From the IMG/VR virus record IMGVR_UViG_3300028886_000051: DNA of 64,000 nucleotides; one strand, given 5' to 3'. Under the pieces are notes generated by a model. It was not told the DNA's origin. It ran no database searches and was given only the letters and a program-made list of their open reading frames with translations. The position numbers and the translations under genes are program-made. Origin of the DNA: a virus (Duplodnaviria > Caudoviricetes). Position 1 is the first letter of the stretch. Each line of letters begins with the position of its first letter. This document shows positions 37,791 to 49,409 of this stretch, piece after piece.

Positions 37791-40700
37791 ACCTATTTGG
37801 TTATAATCATCAACAATTTTAATGCTATCTTCAGCTTGGATATCGAAAGCCTTCATTGCCGTAATCATATCTTCAGTGGCGGCATTAATATCTACGCCAT
37901 CACCAACATTAACAAATAATGTAGCATTTTTAGCAAGGTCACTTGCTTGATCAAGACTATATCCTAATCTTAAGAAATCAGCACTAGAATTAAGCAATTC
38001 TTTATTTGTTGTGGCAATTTCTTTAGCAGTAGAAGATATAGTTTTTTGGAATGATTTATATTGAGCTTCAGTAGCATTTGATACTTTACGAACTTCAGTC
38101 ATTGCTGCATCAAGTTCACGAATAGTATCAATACCTTCCTTGCCATAACGAATAATATCATTAAGTCCAAAGTATGTACCAACGACACTAGCAGCACTAT
38201 AAAAAGCTTTTTCCTTGATGGCTTCCCACATACTCTTACCACCACGACCAGCTTCTTTTTCTCTTCTTACAATTTCTTCAACTTTACCTAAAATTACATC
38301 AAGGCTTGCACTTGGATTGCCTGATTTTATTTGATCATACCAAGCTTTAATATCGGCTTTAGCCTGTCTTGACATCTTGCTATTCTCTTTTAACATTTGA
38401 GAAATTTTATCCATTGCCTTTTCAGCACCAAGCTGTGTATAACCTTTTTGAGCAGCCGTCATATTCTTTATAGCAAGAGCAGCCTCTTCGAAATCTTTTC
38501 CTAATTTTTCTACGTTAGCAAGAGATTCTTTATTTATTAAATCAGGATTCGCTTTAAGTTTATTTACTTCATCTTCATAAGCTTTTAATGCTTGTTGTGC
38601 TCTTTGTACATTATCTGAATATTCAGGACTTGTCCAACCATCATCTCCAAACTTATCAATAGTTGCCTTATATCCGCTAATTTTACCTTGGTATCCACTT
38701 AATTTATTATCATACCCATTAAGTTGTCTCTGTTGTGAAGTTTCAATTTGTTGAGTTGTTTTTAATGAGATCTTTTTTAATTCATTAAGACGCTGTTCAG
38801 AATTATATAAATCAGAATTATTTTTTAGAATTTTATCAGCGGCAAGATATTGTTCTTGATAAGTCTTTTTCTCTTGTTCAAGTTGTTCTATAAGTTTAGC
38901 ATTGTTTGTATTAGCAATCTCTTTTCTAATTCTTTGAATTTGTTTCCATGCTTCCAACTGATCTTCTGAAGCTTGATTAACAGTAGATTTTCTTTCAGAC
39001 TCAGCAGCTTTCTTTTTTTCGGCAGAAAGTTTTTGAAGATTTTTTATCTGTTCTTGAATGATCTTATTTTGATCTTGATATTTTTTACTATCAATATGAC
39101 TCGTCCATGCAGTAGTGTTACCTTCCTTATCTGTACTATATGAATGAGTATATGTACGCACACCACCATTCTTATCACCAACTTTTGTTTGTGTCTTAAC
39201 GAGGTCATTTTGTGAATCATAAAAATCTGTAATTTCTTTTACAAAAGAAGTTGATTCGTCAATAGAAGCAATTATTTCAGATTGTAATTCTCTTAATGCT
39301 TGTTCAAGTTCAGCTTTATTTGATACTTTCTTTTCATTATCATGATTTCCAGTATCATGGGCTTTATAACCTTTCTTTTTATACTTCTTGACACCAGATG
39401 GTTCGGCATTTTCAGAATGACCATCTACTAAATCATTATTACTTTTATTAGCAGAATCTTTAACCTGTTTATTAGCTTTAACAAATTCTTTCTTCGCATC
39501 CGCAGCTTCACGAGCAGACCTTGCAATCTGTTCCATTAATTCAGCTTCAAGTTTTAACGGATTTTCCGAACCATCAATAGAAGACTGAACACCTTCATTA
39601 GCTGTAGCAAAATCTTTCTTTGCTTGAACAGCTTCTTCGGTTGCTTTCTCTACTTGTTCCATACCTTCTGTTTCAGGTTTGGTATTAGTAAAAGAGTCAG
39701 GAAATGCGTCTTTCATTGTATTTTTGATAATGCTAGAAGCATCAACATCTTGTACAACAGAAGCCTTAATTTCACTAAATCGTTTAATAATTGCCTTATC
39801 AACATCTGATAACGAATCTGTTACCTCTTTTGCCATAGAACCATCTTCTGTAACAGAAACATTTAATTTCTGTGCAATTGACTTAAATATTTCCTTCTCA
39901 ATCGCATTGATATGTTCTCTTGCTTCTCGTGATGGAGCGCCATCTTGATTATCTCCATAGGCTTCGGTGAGTGCCTTTCGCACATTTCTCATTATATTGA
40001 GAATGGTGCTACTACTTTGTTTAGTTAATGTGGATTTATCAACAGATAAGGTAGAATCACCCCAAATAAGTTCAATCTGCTTAATTTGGTCGTACATAGA
40101 ATCTTGCAAAAGATGCTGTAAATCTTTTCCACCAAAGAAACTAGCTTTACCTGGGTGAGCATGAATTATTTTTCCACCCTGAGCTTGAGATAATTGTTCC
40201 TCTGTATATGTGCCATTTACATTAGACGTGCTTCCCCAATGGTTTGCTACAACTTTACCTGCCTTATCAAGTAAAACGAGATGTTCTCGCAATACTTCAT
40301 TATTTGCTTCAGCTTCAGCACGTTCTTTTTGAATCTTCTGAACAATCTGGTCTTCGGTTTTCCCAACATCTGATAACACATTTACAGTATCATTTGTTAT
40401 TTGCTGAAATTTTTCGGCAGAAGTAGTAGAAGCATTACCAAATGAAATATTCGATTCTTGTGGAGTAGCAACAGTAGTAGGAGTCTTAATCTTTGCTAAT
40501 TCAGATTCTAATTCCTTAACTCTATTGGTAAGTTTTTCAATTTCCTCTACAGAAGCATTTACATTTAATCCATCTTTAAAAACATCAGCAAACTTATTAG
40601 CAGACATAGATATTTCATCAAGCTTAGATACAATAGCAGAAAGTTGATTAAGGACTTCTGTTAAATCAGTCTTTCCGAAAATGTTCTCCAAAGGATTTGT

Positions 40701-42395
40701 GTCGCTTGCAGCTTTCATTTCATTAAAAGTCTTTTTTACCTGTCCCATCGCCGCAGAAGCACGATTCCAATATTTGTCATCTGTATCAATCTTTAAGATA
40801 TCTTGACCACCAAACATTTTCTTTGCTTCTTCACGCATATCTTTAATAAATTTTATATATGCTTGAAGCTTACTCATTGGAGTGTCAAATTGATTTATAT
40901 CAAAGTCAAAGAACTTTTGCGTAATTAGCGAACCACCAGCACTTGACATTTTAATATGTTCAAATAAATTTTGGTATGCTTGTAATGCATTAGATATCTT
41001 AGCTTGAGCCTTTGCTTCCATTTCAGTATCAGAACCAAAATCAATATTCATATTAAGCCCAATACCTTTAACACTAGAACTTAAATTATCAATAGCAGAT
41101 TCAATATTAGCAATAGTTTTTAATAATGGAGACAATTCTTCACCATCACCAACATCAACTAAAACACCTTTAATAGAAGATAAGCTTGACTCAATACTTG
41201 TAAATAAAGATTCAAGTTTTGTGAATTGTTCAGTATTAAAAACTTCTGTATTTTTAGTTTGATTGGTTTCATCTATTAATTTCTGAAATAAAGCAGTGAC
41301 TGATTTGAGAGATTCTTCATCTTGAAGGATATTTCCAAATATAGAACGCTGAGAATCGGAGAGGGTAGTGTCTTCACTAAGATTTTGTACTGATTTTGCT
41401 ATAACACCATTAGAAAGAATATCATTAATTTTATTTGATGTTTCCTCTACTTGTTGAAAAATAGAATCAAGTTTTGTGGAAAATGCTTGCAATTGATCTA
41501 AACCGAATGAATCATTATTTATTGATGAATCCTTTAATAAGTAATCATATTGAAGCTTAAAATCAGCTATAGCCTCTTGAGCTGTCATTGAACCATCTTT
41601 TATTCTTTGAAAATAATCCTGAAATCTATAATCATCAAAATCATATTCCGACATACCCCATTGATCTGTTCTTTTTTGAGCTACGTTTGTTATTTTTAAA
41701 AAGTTTTCAAATGTCTCAACTGCTTCATTTCTTAATTTCTCTAATTTTGCATTAGCTTCATCAAGATCTTCCATCATGTTACTAATTCCAGAACCAGTTT
41801 TAAAATTATCGAATTCATTTTTCAATGCATCTCTTGCATCATCTGCGATAATAAGTTTTTTTGTAAGTTTTTCAACCTCATCTTCTAATGAGCGAATGTT
41901 ATTCTGTAATTTACTAACATTAGAACCTGCTCCTAAGCGACTAAATACCTCTTGTACATCAAGTCCTTGCTGTTCTAGTGTTTCAAAAACATTAAATACT
42001 TCTTTAAATCCTTTGACATTAAATGCACTATCTAAATTTCCAACTTTCTTTTTAGCATTATTAAAACTTTTCGTGAATTCATCAAAATTTGGAAGAATAT
42101 TTGATAAATCTACACCAGCAATTGCTTTTAAAGCATTTGTAACTTTAATCAATTCTGTAGCATTATCTTTATTGGATTCTTTATTAAAAATTTTATATGA
42201 TGTAATAACATCTTTAATAAGTTCATCTTGGGTTTTCCAATATTTTGACAAATTTTTTCCGCTTGAAGCTTTTGATAAACTATCTGCCATGTTATTAATT
42301 AATGTGTCCAATTCTTGAACACGAATGACAGCGGCTTTTTCAATAATATCATCAGCCTTAAGTGTTGGCATATTAATTTTTGTTGAATTTTCCAT
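37791..42395 (-). CDS. Tape measure protein, exon 1 (1535 codons)
   Basis: Long helical protein ending ELDAAMTEVRKV...F.RLGY...NVGD...DYNQIG. Confidence 0.88.
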
Positions 42396-42409
42396 ACCTT
42401 GATTCCTTT

Positions 42410-43024
42410 CTAAAATTTAAAATATTTAATTATATTTTTATTTAATATTTCATCATAATCCTTTTGATATTGACCACGATTGTACCAATCTATGTAAGAT
42501 TTCCACATTCTGTATGGTGATGTACTTCTTTGAGCATATTCCCAACCAGATTTATAATTGCTATCATTCCATATTTCAGGTTCCCAAGGTTTACCATCTG
42601 TTCCGTTATAAGTAAGTACAGGATTTGACCAAGGAATTTGGAAATGCCCATTTACAAATGCACCACCATGATATCCTAATAAAAATACCGTTTTATATAA
42701 TCCATTATCACCATTATATCCGTCTCTTCCTAATAATTTCGAAGGTTCAAATCCTACTTTAAAGCTATCATTAGTACGTTCAAAAACCAATAAATCATAA
42801 AGGCTGCCATTTCCTAATCCACGTCTCTCGTAATAACTTGGTTCATAAGAAGAATAAAAATTGTCAATAATTCTATAATAATTTTTCGTTAATGTTTTTT
42901 CTAATTTTTTCCCATATTCTATATTTGTTTCTTCACACACTTTATTCAAATTAGTTTTTAATGAATTTAACCAATCTGTAAATGGTTGTATTTTTGCCAA
43001 TTTCATCACCTCCAAAATTTTCAC
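42410..43024 (-). CDS. Hypothetical tail-region protein
   Basis: ORF directly upstream of the tape measure; true start probably a few codons in. Confidence 0.65.
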   Translation of the reverse strand: MKILEVMKLAKIQPFTDWLNSLKTNLNKVCEETNIEYGKKLEKTLTKNYYRIIDNFYSSYEPSYYERRGLGNGSLYDLLVFERTNDSFKVGFEPSKLLGRDGYNGDNGLYKTVFLLGYHGGAFVNGHFQIPWSNPVLTYNGTDGKPWEPEIWNDSNYKSGWEYAQRSTSPYRMWKSYIDWYNRGQYQKDYDEILNKNIIKYFKF

Positions 43025-43123
43025 TATAATTTTATTTTTTTACACTAAAATAGGAGAGTAGTAGTAGTAACCACTCTCCATAAGAAAAGCCCTATACGCT
43101 ATGACACATATAGAGCCTAAATA

Positions 43124-43321
43124 TTAAACTCGTGTATTCCACATATTAACTATTTTATTCACAAGTTCTTCTTCTCTACATGTAATATCCAAATGCTTAG
43201 AAGAAGCACCACATTTGGCACATTTAACATAAGCCATATTTTCATAACTCCAACCATTCGGAACATACTTTATTTCAGCTTTTCCACCACAAAAAGGACA
43301 ATCATTCAATTTATAATCCAT
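43124..43321 (-). CDS. Lar-family (restriction alleviation) zinc-finger protein
   Basis: L..CPFCGGKA...V.C..CGA...WNTR; GGAGG RBS. Confidence 0.75.
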   Translation of the reverse strand: MDYKLNDCPFCGGKAEIKYVPNGWSYENMAYVKCAKCGASSKHLDITCREEELVNKIVNMWNTRV

Positions 43322-43523
43322 ATAAATCCTCCAATGAAATTTGAATTTCTTATTCATCAATTACTTCAAATCTATCAATGTCAATACAGTCATCTAAATC
43401 ATCATCGGAACTGTATTGTTCCATCAATCTTTTCTTTTCTCGTTCAGCAATTTCTTTTGTTGCACAAAAACAATTATAATCCGTTTCCCATTCTGACGCT
43501 CTAACACCATAAACTGTCATATT

Positions 43524-44114
43524 TTACACCTCTCTAAAATTTCCATTCTTAGCAAACTCAACAACCTTATCTAAATCTTCCTTTGGAATCTCATCAATTT
43601 TCTTACTTACAACGTCCATAAGTGGTGTGAGAGTAGCTTCACCAAGAGCCTTAATTTTATCTACTTGCTCTGCAATAAAGCTGTGGATTTCATAACGATT
43701 GGTCATGACATCAGCCTTCTTCTGAGAAAGTAAAAACTTAAATTCAGTGATTTCTTCTATTGGAATTAATGGCGCAGTAGTGTCATTTCCAACAAGTAAA
43801 ATATTAAACAAACCAGATTTCTTTAGCTCGTCATATTCTTCATAAAATCCATCTGTCTCAACAGTAAGATTGGTGTAGTTTTCAATAAGAATTCTTGTCA
43901 TCAACAAATACTCAGCAGAAGAATTTACCTTTACATTGTCAGTTTCTTTATCAATCATAGTTGCTTTTAGTAAATTGCTGATAATCGCATCTTTTTTGAC
44001 AAATGGTACATAAGATGTAATTTCAAGATTATCCTTAATATACTGTTTCTTTAAAGTATCGTTAACACGATTACTATATTCTTTGCAAAATGTTTTGATT
44101 GTAATTTTATTCAT
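43524..44114 (-). CDS. Hypothetical phage protein
   Basis: ORF in the late operon with RBS. Confidence 0.7.
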   Translation of the reverse strand: MNKITIKTFCKEYSNRVNDTLKKQYIKDNLEITSYVPFVKKDAIISNLLKATMIDKETDNVKVNSSAEYLLMTRILIENYTNLTVETDGFYEEYDELKKSGLFNILLVGNDTTAPLIPIEEITEFKFLLSQKKADVMTNRYEIHSFIAEQVDKIKALGEATLTPLMDVVSKKIDEIPKEDLDKVVEFAKNGNFREV

Positions 44115-44134
44115 TCCTTTTATCTCCTTTATAT

Positions 44135-44326
44135 TTATTCTCCATTACCCAACAACCATTCAAAAGTAAATGTGTTATCAGGCGTTATAATTGTCATAGT
44201 CTTATTATCATAATCATAGTATTCATCTATTATTTGAGGACTAGAATTAAGAACATTTATACCATCTGTTGCCTTAATCCTATAATTATTCTTTTTAAGA
44301 TACGAATGTATTTCTTTATCATTCAT
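44135..44326 (-). CDS. Hypothetical protein
   Basis: Overlaps the upstream stop codon. Confidence 0.55.
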   Translation of the reverse strand: MNDKEIHSYLKKNNYRIKATDGINVLNSSPQIIDEYYDYDNKTMTIITPDNTFTFEWLLGNGE

Positions 44327-44747
44327 AGATAATATTTATCTCCGTTCTTGGATTATCTTTATCTACATGACATCTAATTGTTAAACTATGTAAATGTTCT
44401 CTGTCATCATCTAATAAGAAACCAGATTCCACAAAACCATCATGAATAAATTTGGGACTATAATTATCAGGATCGGTTCTTCTTTTAGTCGGATGATAAA
44501 TATCATATTCAATATTTACATTATCTAATTGCATGTTTTCATATCCTAAATCCTTAATCCACCATACGATAAATGCTTTCCATGATTGTTTTAATGCATT
44601 CATTTGTATTCGTGGCTTAATACTCCAAACATTTATTGAAGGATGATAAGGATGTTCAATTTGTTTCTTTTTTGCTTTTGGATGTTGAGTAAAATAATAT
44701 TCATTATATTTATTTACCACGTCCATATCTAAAATAAGTTTTATAAT
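44319..44747 (-). CDS. RusA-like Holliday junction resolvase (ATT start inferred)
   Basis: HPSIN, RRTDPDNY.PKFI.DG.....L.DD, PRTEI. Confidence 0.8.
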   Translation of the reverse strand: MIKLILDMDVVNKYNEYYFTQHPKAKKKQIEHPYHPSINVWSIKPRIQMNALKQSWKAFIVWWIKDLGYENMQLDNVNIEYDIYHPTKRRTDPDNYSPKFIHDGFVESGFLLDDDREHLHSLTIRCHVDKDNPRTEINIIYE

Positions 44748-44928
44748 TTTCAGTCCTTTCTTGGTTAAGGGGGTAGGAGAGCAGTCTAGCCAAATACTCT
44801 CCCAAAATAAAGAAATGCCCTTATCACACGGCTAGATTGTGATAAAGACATTTATTGATTTTAATTGATAAAATATGGTATAATAACTCATATCTGTGGT
44901 AAGTATAGGTAGATAAGGAATTAATATT

Positions 44929-45060
44929 TTGGTAGAAATAGTTTGCTCCATTATTACCACTGGTGTTACAGTCTTAGGACTTGTATACACGATTTATAAA
45001 AATTATCCTTATCTTAGAAAATGCAATTTGACTAATTGCGATATCCTAAGGATTTTATAG
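44929..45060 (+). CDS. 43-aa membrane peptide with its own promoter and terminator
   Basis: MVEIVCSIITTGVTVLGLVYTIYKNY...; TTGATT-N18-TATAAT with TG; AAGGA RBS; hairpin ~45079-45118. Confidence 0.5.
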   Translation: MVEIVCSIITTGVTVLGLVYTIYKNYPYLRKCNLTNCDILRIL

Positions 45061-45159
45061 GGTAGAAGAAGTAGTAGTAAGAGAGTAGCATCGTAGAAAT
45101 ACGGTGCTATTTCTCTTATAAGAAGAAAGAGTGAATTCTTATGAATTCACTCTAAGTTG

Positions 45160-45342
45160 TTAGTTTTTAATTGTTATAAAGCTTGGGTACAATTCCCACT
45201 TTCCATTTGGAAATTTTTCAACATTCTCTAATACCAACTTATGTACTTCATCCATACTCCCTAAATTTTCATCTATATGAATAATTTTACCACCCAAAAT
45301 AGATATTTCTTCACAAATTACATTAAAATATGCTTTTCTCAT
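45160..45342 (-). CDS. Hypothetical protein
   Basis: AAGGAGG RBS, MRKAYF start. Confidence 0.65.
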   Translation of the reverse strand: MRKAYFNVICEEISILGGKIIHIDENLGSMDEVHKLVLENVEKFPNGKWELYPSFITIKN

Positions 45343-45359
45343 AGCAAACCTCCTTTTCA

Positions 45360-45560
45360 TCATTTTATACAAAACAATTCATACAAATCGACTTTAAGGA
45401 CTTTTGTAAGAATTATAGCATTACTTAGTAAAATATCATTTGTGTGGTTATTTTCAATTTTTGAAAGAGTGGCAGTAGATATACCTGTTCTATCTGATAG
45501 TTCTTTCAGAGTAAGTTCATTTTTAATTCTATATATTCTCCATATTCCTAAGTATTTGTA
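45360..45560 (-). CDS. XRE-family HTH protein (no canonical start; possibly degenerate)
   Basis: YRIKNELTLKELSDRTGISTATLSKIENN...L.V.LYELF. Confidence 0.6.
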   Translation of the reverse strand, partial: YKYLGIWRIYRIKNELTLKELSDRTGISTATLSKIENNHTNDILLSNAIILTKVLKVDLYELFCIK

Positions 45561-45632
45561 TTAATTATTTTATTATGCATATTATACAAAATAATTAATA
45601 AACTTTGGTTTATGTTATTTATGATATAATAA

Positions 45633-46106
45633 TTATTCTGGCTTAATAGGCAATGCAAGGACTTCTGGTATTATTTTCCCTCTAATTAAATGATTTCCAC
45701 CACAATCTAAATAAGTATCTGCCATTAACTGAAATGTTTCTATTCCAGCTTTTGTAACGTATCCTTGCGATACAAATTTATCATGAAGATTATACAATTC
45801 AGCACCATACTGGACTATAATACGTTGATTATTTTCTTTTTCTGATAAATCTAGTCTATCTTTAATATCATCTATTCCCTTGGATATTTTTGATATTTCT
45901 TTATATTGCCATTCATCATGATTTTCAAGAGTTTTTATTCTGTTCTCTAAAGTTTCTCTATCCTCATCAATACCTGTTTTTAATCTAAATTTCTTTTTAA
46001 AGTAATTAAATATTTCAATAATTTCCTTAATTCCAAATAGAATAGCAAAAAATAAGATAATAAATGATATATAATTAATTTTAGTTAGTTGTTCTATAGC
46101 TCCCAC
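45633..46106 (-). CDS. Membrane-anchored holin-associated protein
   Basis: N-terminal TM helix, coiled coil, Y...GGNH motif. Confidence 0.6.
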   Translation of the reverse strand: MGAIEQLTKINYISFIILFFAILFGIKEIIEIFNYFKKKFRLKTGIDEDRETLENRIKTLENHDEWQYKEISKISKGIDDIKDRLDLSEKENNQRIIVQYGAELYNLHDKFVSQGYVTKAGIETFQLMADTYLDCGGNHLIRGKIIPEVLALPIKPE

Positions 46107-46125
46107 TCATATATACCATCCTTTC

Positions 46126-46497
46126 TTATTCATGTTTTATGTCATATAAAGTTGTCCCAATGAGTGAGTCAAGGTAATCATCGAAATCACTATTAGCTTC
46201 TTTAAGCGATTTATATACAATAGTATTAAGAGCTTGAATTGCTTTCTGCTTTGCAATTTCTCTAACCTCTGCCTGTTTCTCAGGTGTCCAATCGGCAGTA
46301 CCTTTTATATCTTTAACTTCTGTCTCATATACAGATTTAACTGCCTTTTTAACTTCTGAATAAAGAATGTCAGCATATTTGTCAAGTTTTTTATCTTTAA
46401 GATAAGAATAGATTTTTGTTATTATTGGAACTAAAATTACTGTCCAAATAGCAGAAAGTAATGTTACCCAATCTAAGCTTTCTAAAAATTCTTTCAT
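46126..46497 (-). CDS. Putative holin
   Basis: Single N-terminal TM helix with charged C-terminus. Confidence 0.6.
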   Translation of the reverse strand: MKEFLESLDWVTLLSAIWTVILVPIITKIYSYLKDKKLDKYADILYSEVKKAVKSVYETEVKDIKGTADWTPEKQAEVREIAKQKAIQALNTIVYKSLKEANSDFDDYLDSLIGTTLYDIKHE

Positions 46498-46501
46498 AAC
46501 T

Positions 46502-47617
46502 TTATTCCTCCTTGTTTTTTTTATTTTTTAACCAAGACCAATCTTGGTGTTGTCCACATTTAGGGCAAACTTTTTCTTCTGGTTCCAATTCAGTCCAACA
46601 ACGATGGCATTGAGCATACCAACCATCTTCGTTAATATAAGGCTCGACCAGAGTATCCTTTGATATATTAGTCCAATCCATTAACTTCCTCCTCAATTAT
46701 TTCATATGTAACTAAAATTGGAATTACAACTAAATCTATGTTATATTTTCGAATACATTCATTACATATAACTTGTGCAATAGTTTTATTTACAAATTTT
46801 GTAGCTCCTACAATGTTATCAATAAAACAATACATACCATTTCGTTTAGACATAACATAATTAGTAGGATTAGACAAATCAGCGATTACAAATTTTTTTA
46901 ATTCTTTTTCTTTAAATTTTTTCATTATTCTAACTCCCTATTTTTATATAATAAATAGAGATGTCGTGTTTTTTCTTTTGAAAACAACATCACAAGAATA
47001 TCTTTTTTAGTTTTAATATCTTCGGTAACGTACATCTCAATTGGATAAACTTCATGTTTTATATAAAGTCTTTGTTGTTTTGGATCACGAATACAAACAT
47101 AATCTTTTAAATGATATTCTTCACCTGTAAAATTACTAATTTCCATATTTTTCTTTCATTCCTTGCTTAGCGTAAAAAATAGGGAACAAGTCAGTATTAT
47201 TCAAATACGGAATGTTCCCTAAATTAAATCACTGACCTTATTTTTAGATTTTATACTCTTTGTAGATTTATCTTTATTTTCAAAACTATTTGTTTCTATT
47301 TTTTTAGAATCTATTTTAAAATGTTTACCTTTTTCTAAAATCTCTTTAATCTGTTCCTTTGTTGCTGGAACAAAATCTTTATAATTCTTAATATCTAATT
47401 TTGAAAGTTTATCATAAGCTTCTTCAGGCGTAACCTCATTGTCCCTATAAGCAACACATACATCATAAATATCATGACAATTAATTCCATCAAAAATAAA
47501 ATACCAAGTAGGTTTATTTACATCTTCTGAATTGCAAACTGGACAAAATGTATAAGTTTTACCACAAATGATGCACTTTCTATTATTTTTCTTTCCCATA
47601 AATTTTAAATCCTCCAA
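46502..47617 (-). other. Four small hypothetical ORFs (46502-46696, 46668-46925, 46925-47146, 47219-47617), two with zinc fingers
   Basis: Tightly packed ORFs; CxxC pairs in the first and last. Confidence 0.6.
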
Positions 47618-47669
47618 TAGAATAAGAGTAGGCTATTACACCTACTCTCATATTATTTAAGAGTAACAA

Positions 47670-48467
47670 TTACTCTTCATCATCACCACACATAACAATT
47701 GTGTATAATTCCTTATCAGCAGAGCAGTAAGAAATCTGCATATCGCCTTTATAATCAAGTGTACCTTCTGTTGAAAGTGTAATACTTAATTCAGGTGATA
47801 CCTGGAATGATGGAATAATTATATAACAAGCTCTTAAAGTATCTGGTTCACATGGATCTACAGCAAGAGCTTTAAGAGTAAGCTTAACTGTTCCTGGGAA
47901 TTTGTCAGATGCGTTTGTAATCTTAACAGCATTTACAGCATTACGCTCAAATTTGATAACAAATCTATCTGCTGTAGCATCTGTTGGTAATGTTAAAGTA
48001 TTACCTGATAATTTAAATGCACTAGCAGAAGCTTCAGATGAACTAAGTTCATAAGATTTTCCCATAGCACCATTATTACCAAGTGCATTTACATGAACTG
48101 TACCTGCAACTAATGTTTCATTTGTACCATCAACTAATTCAACAGTTGTTTCACCTTTCTTGGCAATTATGATTTTTGGCATCTGAACTTTCTTAGAAGA
48201 AGTAGCAATAATTTTATCAGTACCTGATGCTGCACCAATAACATTTAAGTTAATCATTGCATTAGTAGCAGTAAAAGTACCTGCTTTACCCTGATAAAAT
48301 TTCTTAATAAGAGAACCTTCTGCTGATTTTGCTTCTTTAGATTCTGCTGTTGTTTCAATAGTTGCTTCGGATAACTGTGTTAAAGTATATAATAATGTAC
48401 CATCTGTTTTTTCAGCAACAGCCATCTGAATTCTGTCGATTACTAAATCGTCTAATGTAAAAGCCAT
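47670..48467 (-). CDS. Major tail tube protein
   Basis: Size, Thr/Ala-rich composition, strong RBS, position in the module. Confidence 0.7.
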   Translation of the reverse strand: MAFTLDDLVIDRIQMAVAEKTDGTLLYTLTQLSEATIETTAESKEAKSAEGSLIKKFYQGKAGTFTATNAMINLNVIGAASGTDKIIATSSKKVQMPKIIIAKKGETTVELVDGTNETLVAGTVHVNALGNNGAMGKSYELSSSEASASAFKLSGNTLTLPTDATADRFVIKFERNAVNAVKITNASDKFPGTVKLTLKALAVDPCEPDTLRACYIIIPSFQVSPELSITLSTEGTLDYKGDMQISYCSADKELYTIVMCGDDEE

Positions 48468-48520
48468 AAAATTTTTCCTCCTTAAAATTATTTGTTTTTT
48501 GCATATAAAAAAGACTTGAA

Positions 48521-49405
48521 TTATTCATTCAAGTCTTTAAGCCAATTTAATTCTTTAGATAAATTCATTTTTGAACTATCTAACATGCCCGAATAAACTC
48601 CAGACATTAATGCAGTTGTATTTTCATATAATTGTAATCGTTTAACACTATCCATAAATTGAACAATGCCGACTTCCTTTAGTTCTTGAAGTTTGTATTT
48701 AAAACCAGGATGATTTACCATTGAAGAAATTAATGGTAATAAAAAAGAGGAAGTATACCCCTTATCTTTTTTCTTTTCTGCCTCTTTTTTTAAATTCATT
48801 TCATCTTCCCAGATTATTGCTTCTTTTGTAGCTTTATTTTTTGCACGTTCAACTTTGGGATTAATATTAAACATAGTTCGAAGATATTTAATCATCTTCA
48901 TATATATTAGCTCATCAATTATTATAGGGTTTTTATAATCAAATGGTAAAACATGTCCTGTTTTATCACGAGGAATATAGACCAAAATATTGGATTTTGT
49001 TTCTTCGTTAGGTATTACCTCAAACCATGATAGATTCAAATCGCCAAATATCAGATATGTATTTTCAGGCGTGTATCCTTTTATAATAGAAGAAAACAAT
49101 GTAAAATCGGATAATTTATTCCAATCCACCCCATTTTTCCATAAATCTAATCTAAAAGTAGTAGTGTTTGCACATAAAGTATTTATCATAGAATAAAACT
49201 TTACATCGCCAAACTTTAATATATCACCTATAGTTGGCTGTTTGATACATATTCTATCAGTAACCCAATAATCCTCACCAAAATACATTTTTAGTTCATC
49301 AAAGTCATATAAAATATCCAAAGTATTTTTATTATTTAATGAATCATTTGTATTTTCTATAACGCTGCTATATTTATTTTGTAAATCATCGAAACTCTCA
49401 GCCAA
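48521..49405 (-). CDS. Tail-associated protein (chaperone-like)
   Basis: QPTIGDI motif; position. Confidence 0.5.
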   Translation of the reverse strand: MAESFDDLQNKYSSVIENTNDSLNNKNTLDILYDFDELKMYFGEDYWVTDRICIKQPTIGDILKFGDVKFYSMINTLCANTTTFRLDLWKNGVDWNKLSDFTLFSSIIKGYTPENTYLIFGDLNLSWFEVIPNEETKSNILVYIPRDKTGHVLPFDYKNPIIIDELIYMKMIKYLRTMFNINPKVERAKNKATKEAIIWEDEMNLKKEAEKKKDKGYTSSFLLPLISSMVNHPGFKYKLQELKEVGIVQFMDSVKRLQLYENTTALMSGVYSGMLDSSKMNLSKELNWLKDLNE

Positions 49406-49409
49406 ATAA

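Noticed and set aside
29189-42395. Tape measure as a pseudogene or three independent genes
   Set aside because: Both gaps have group I splice signals that restore a single frame; exons 2 and 3 lack credible starts
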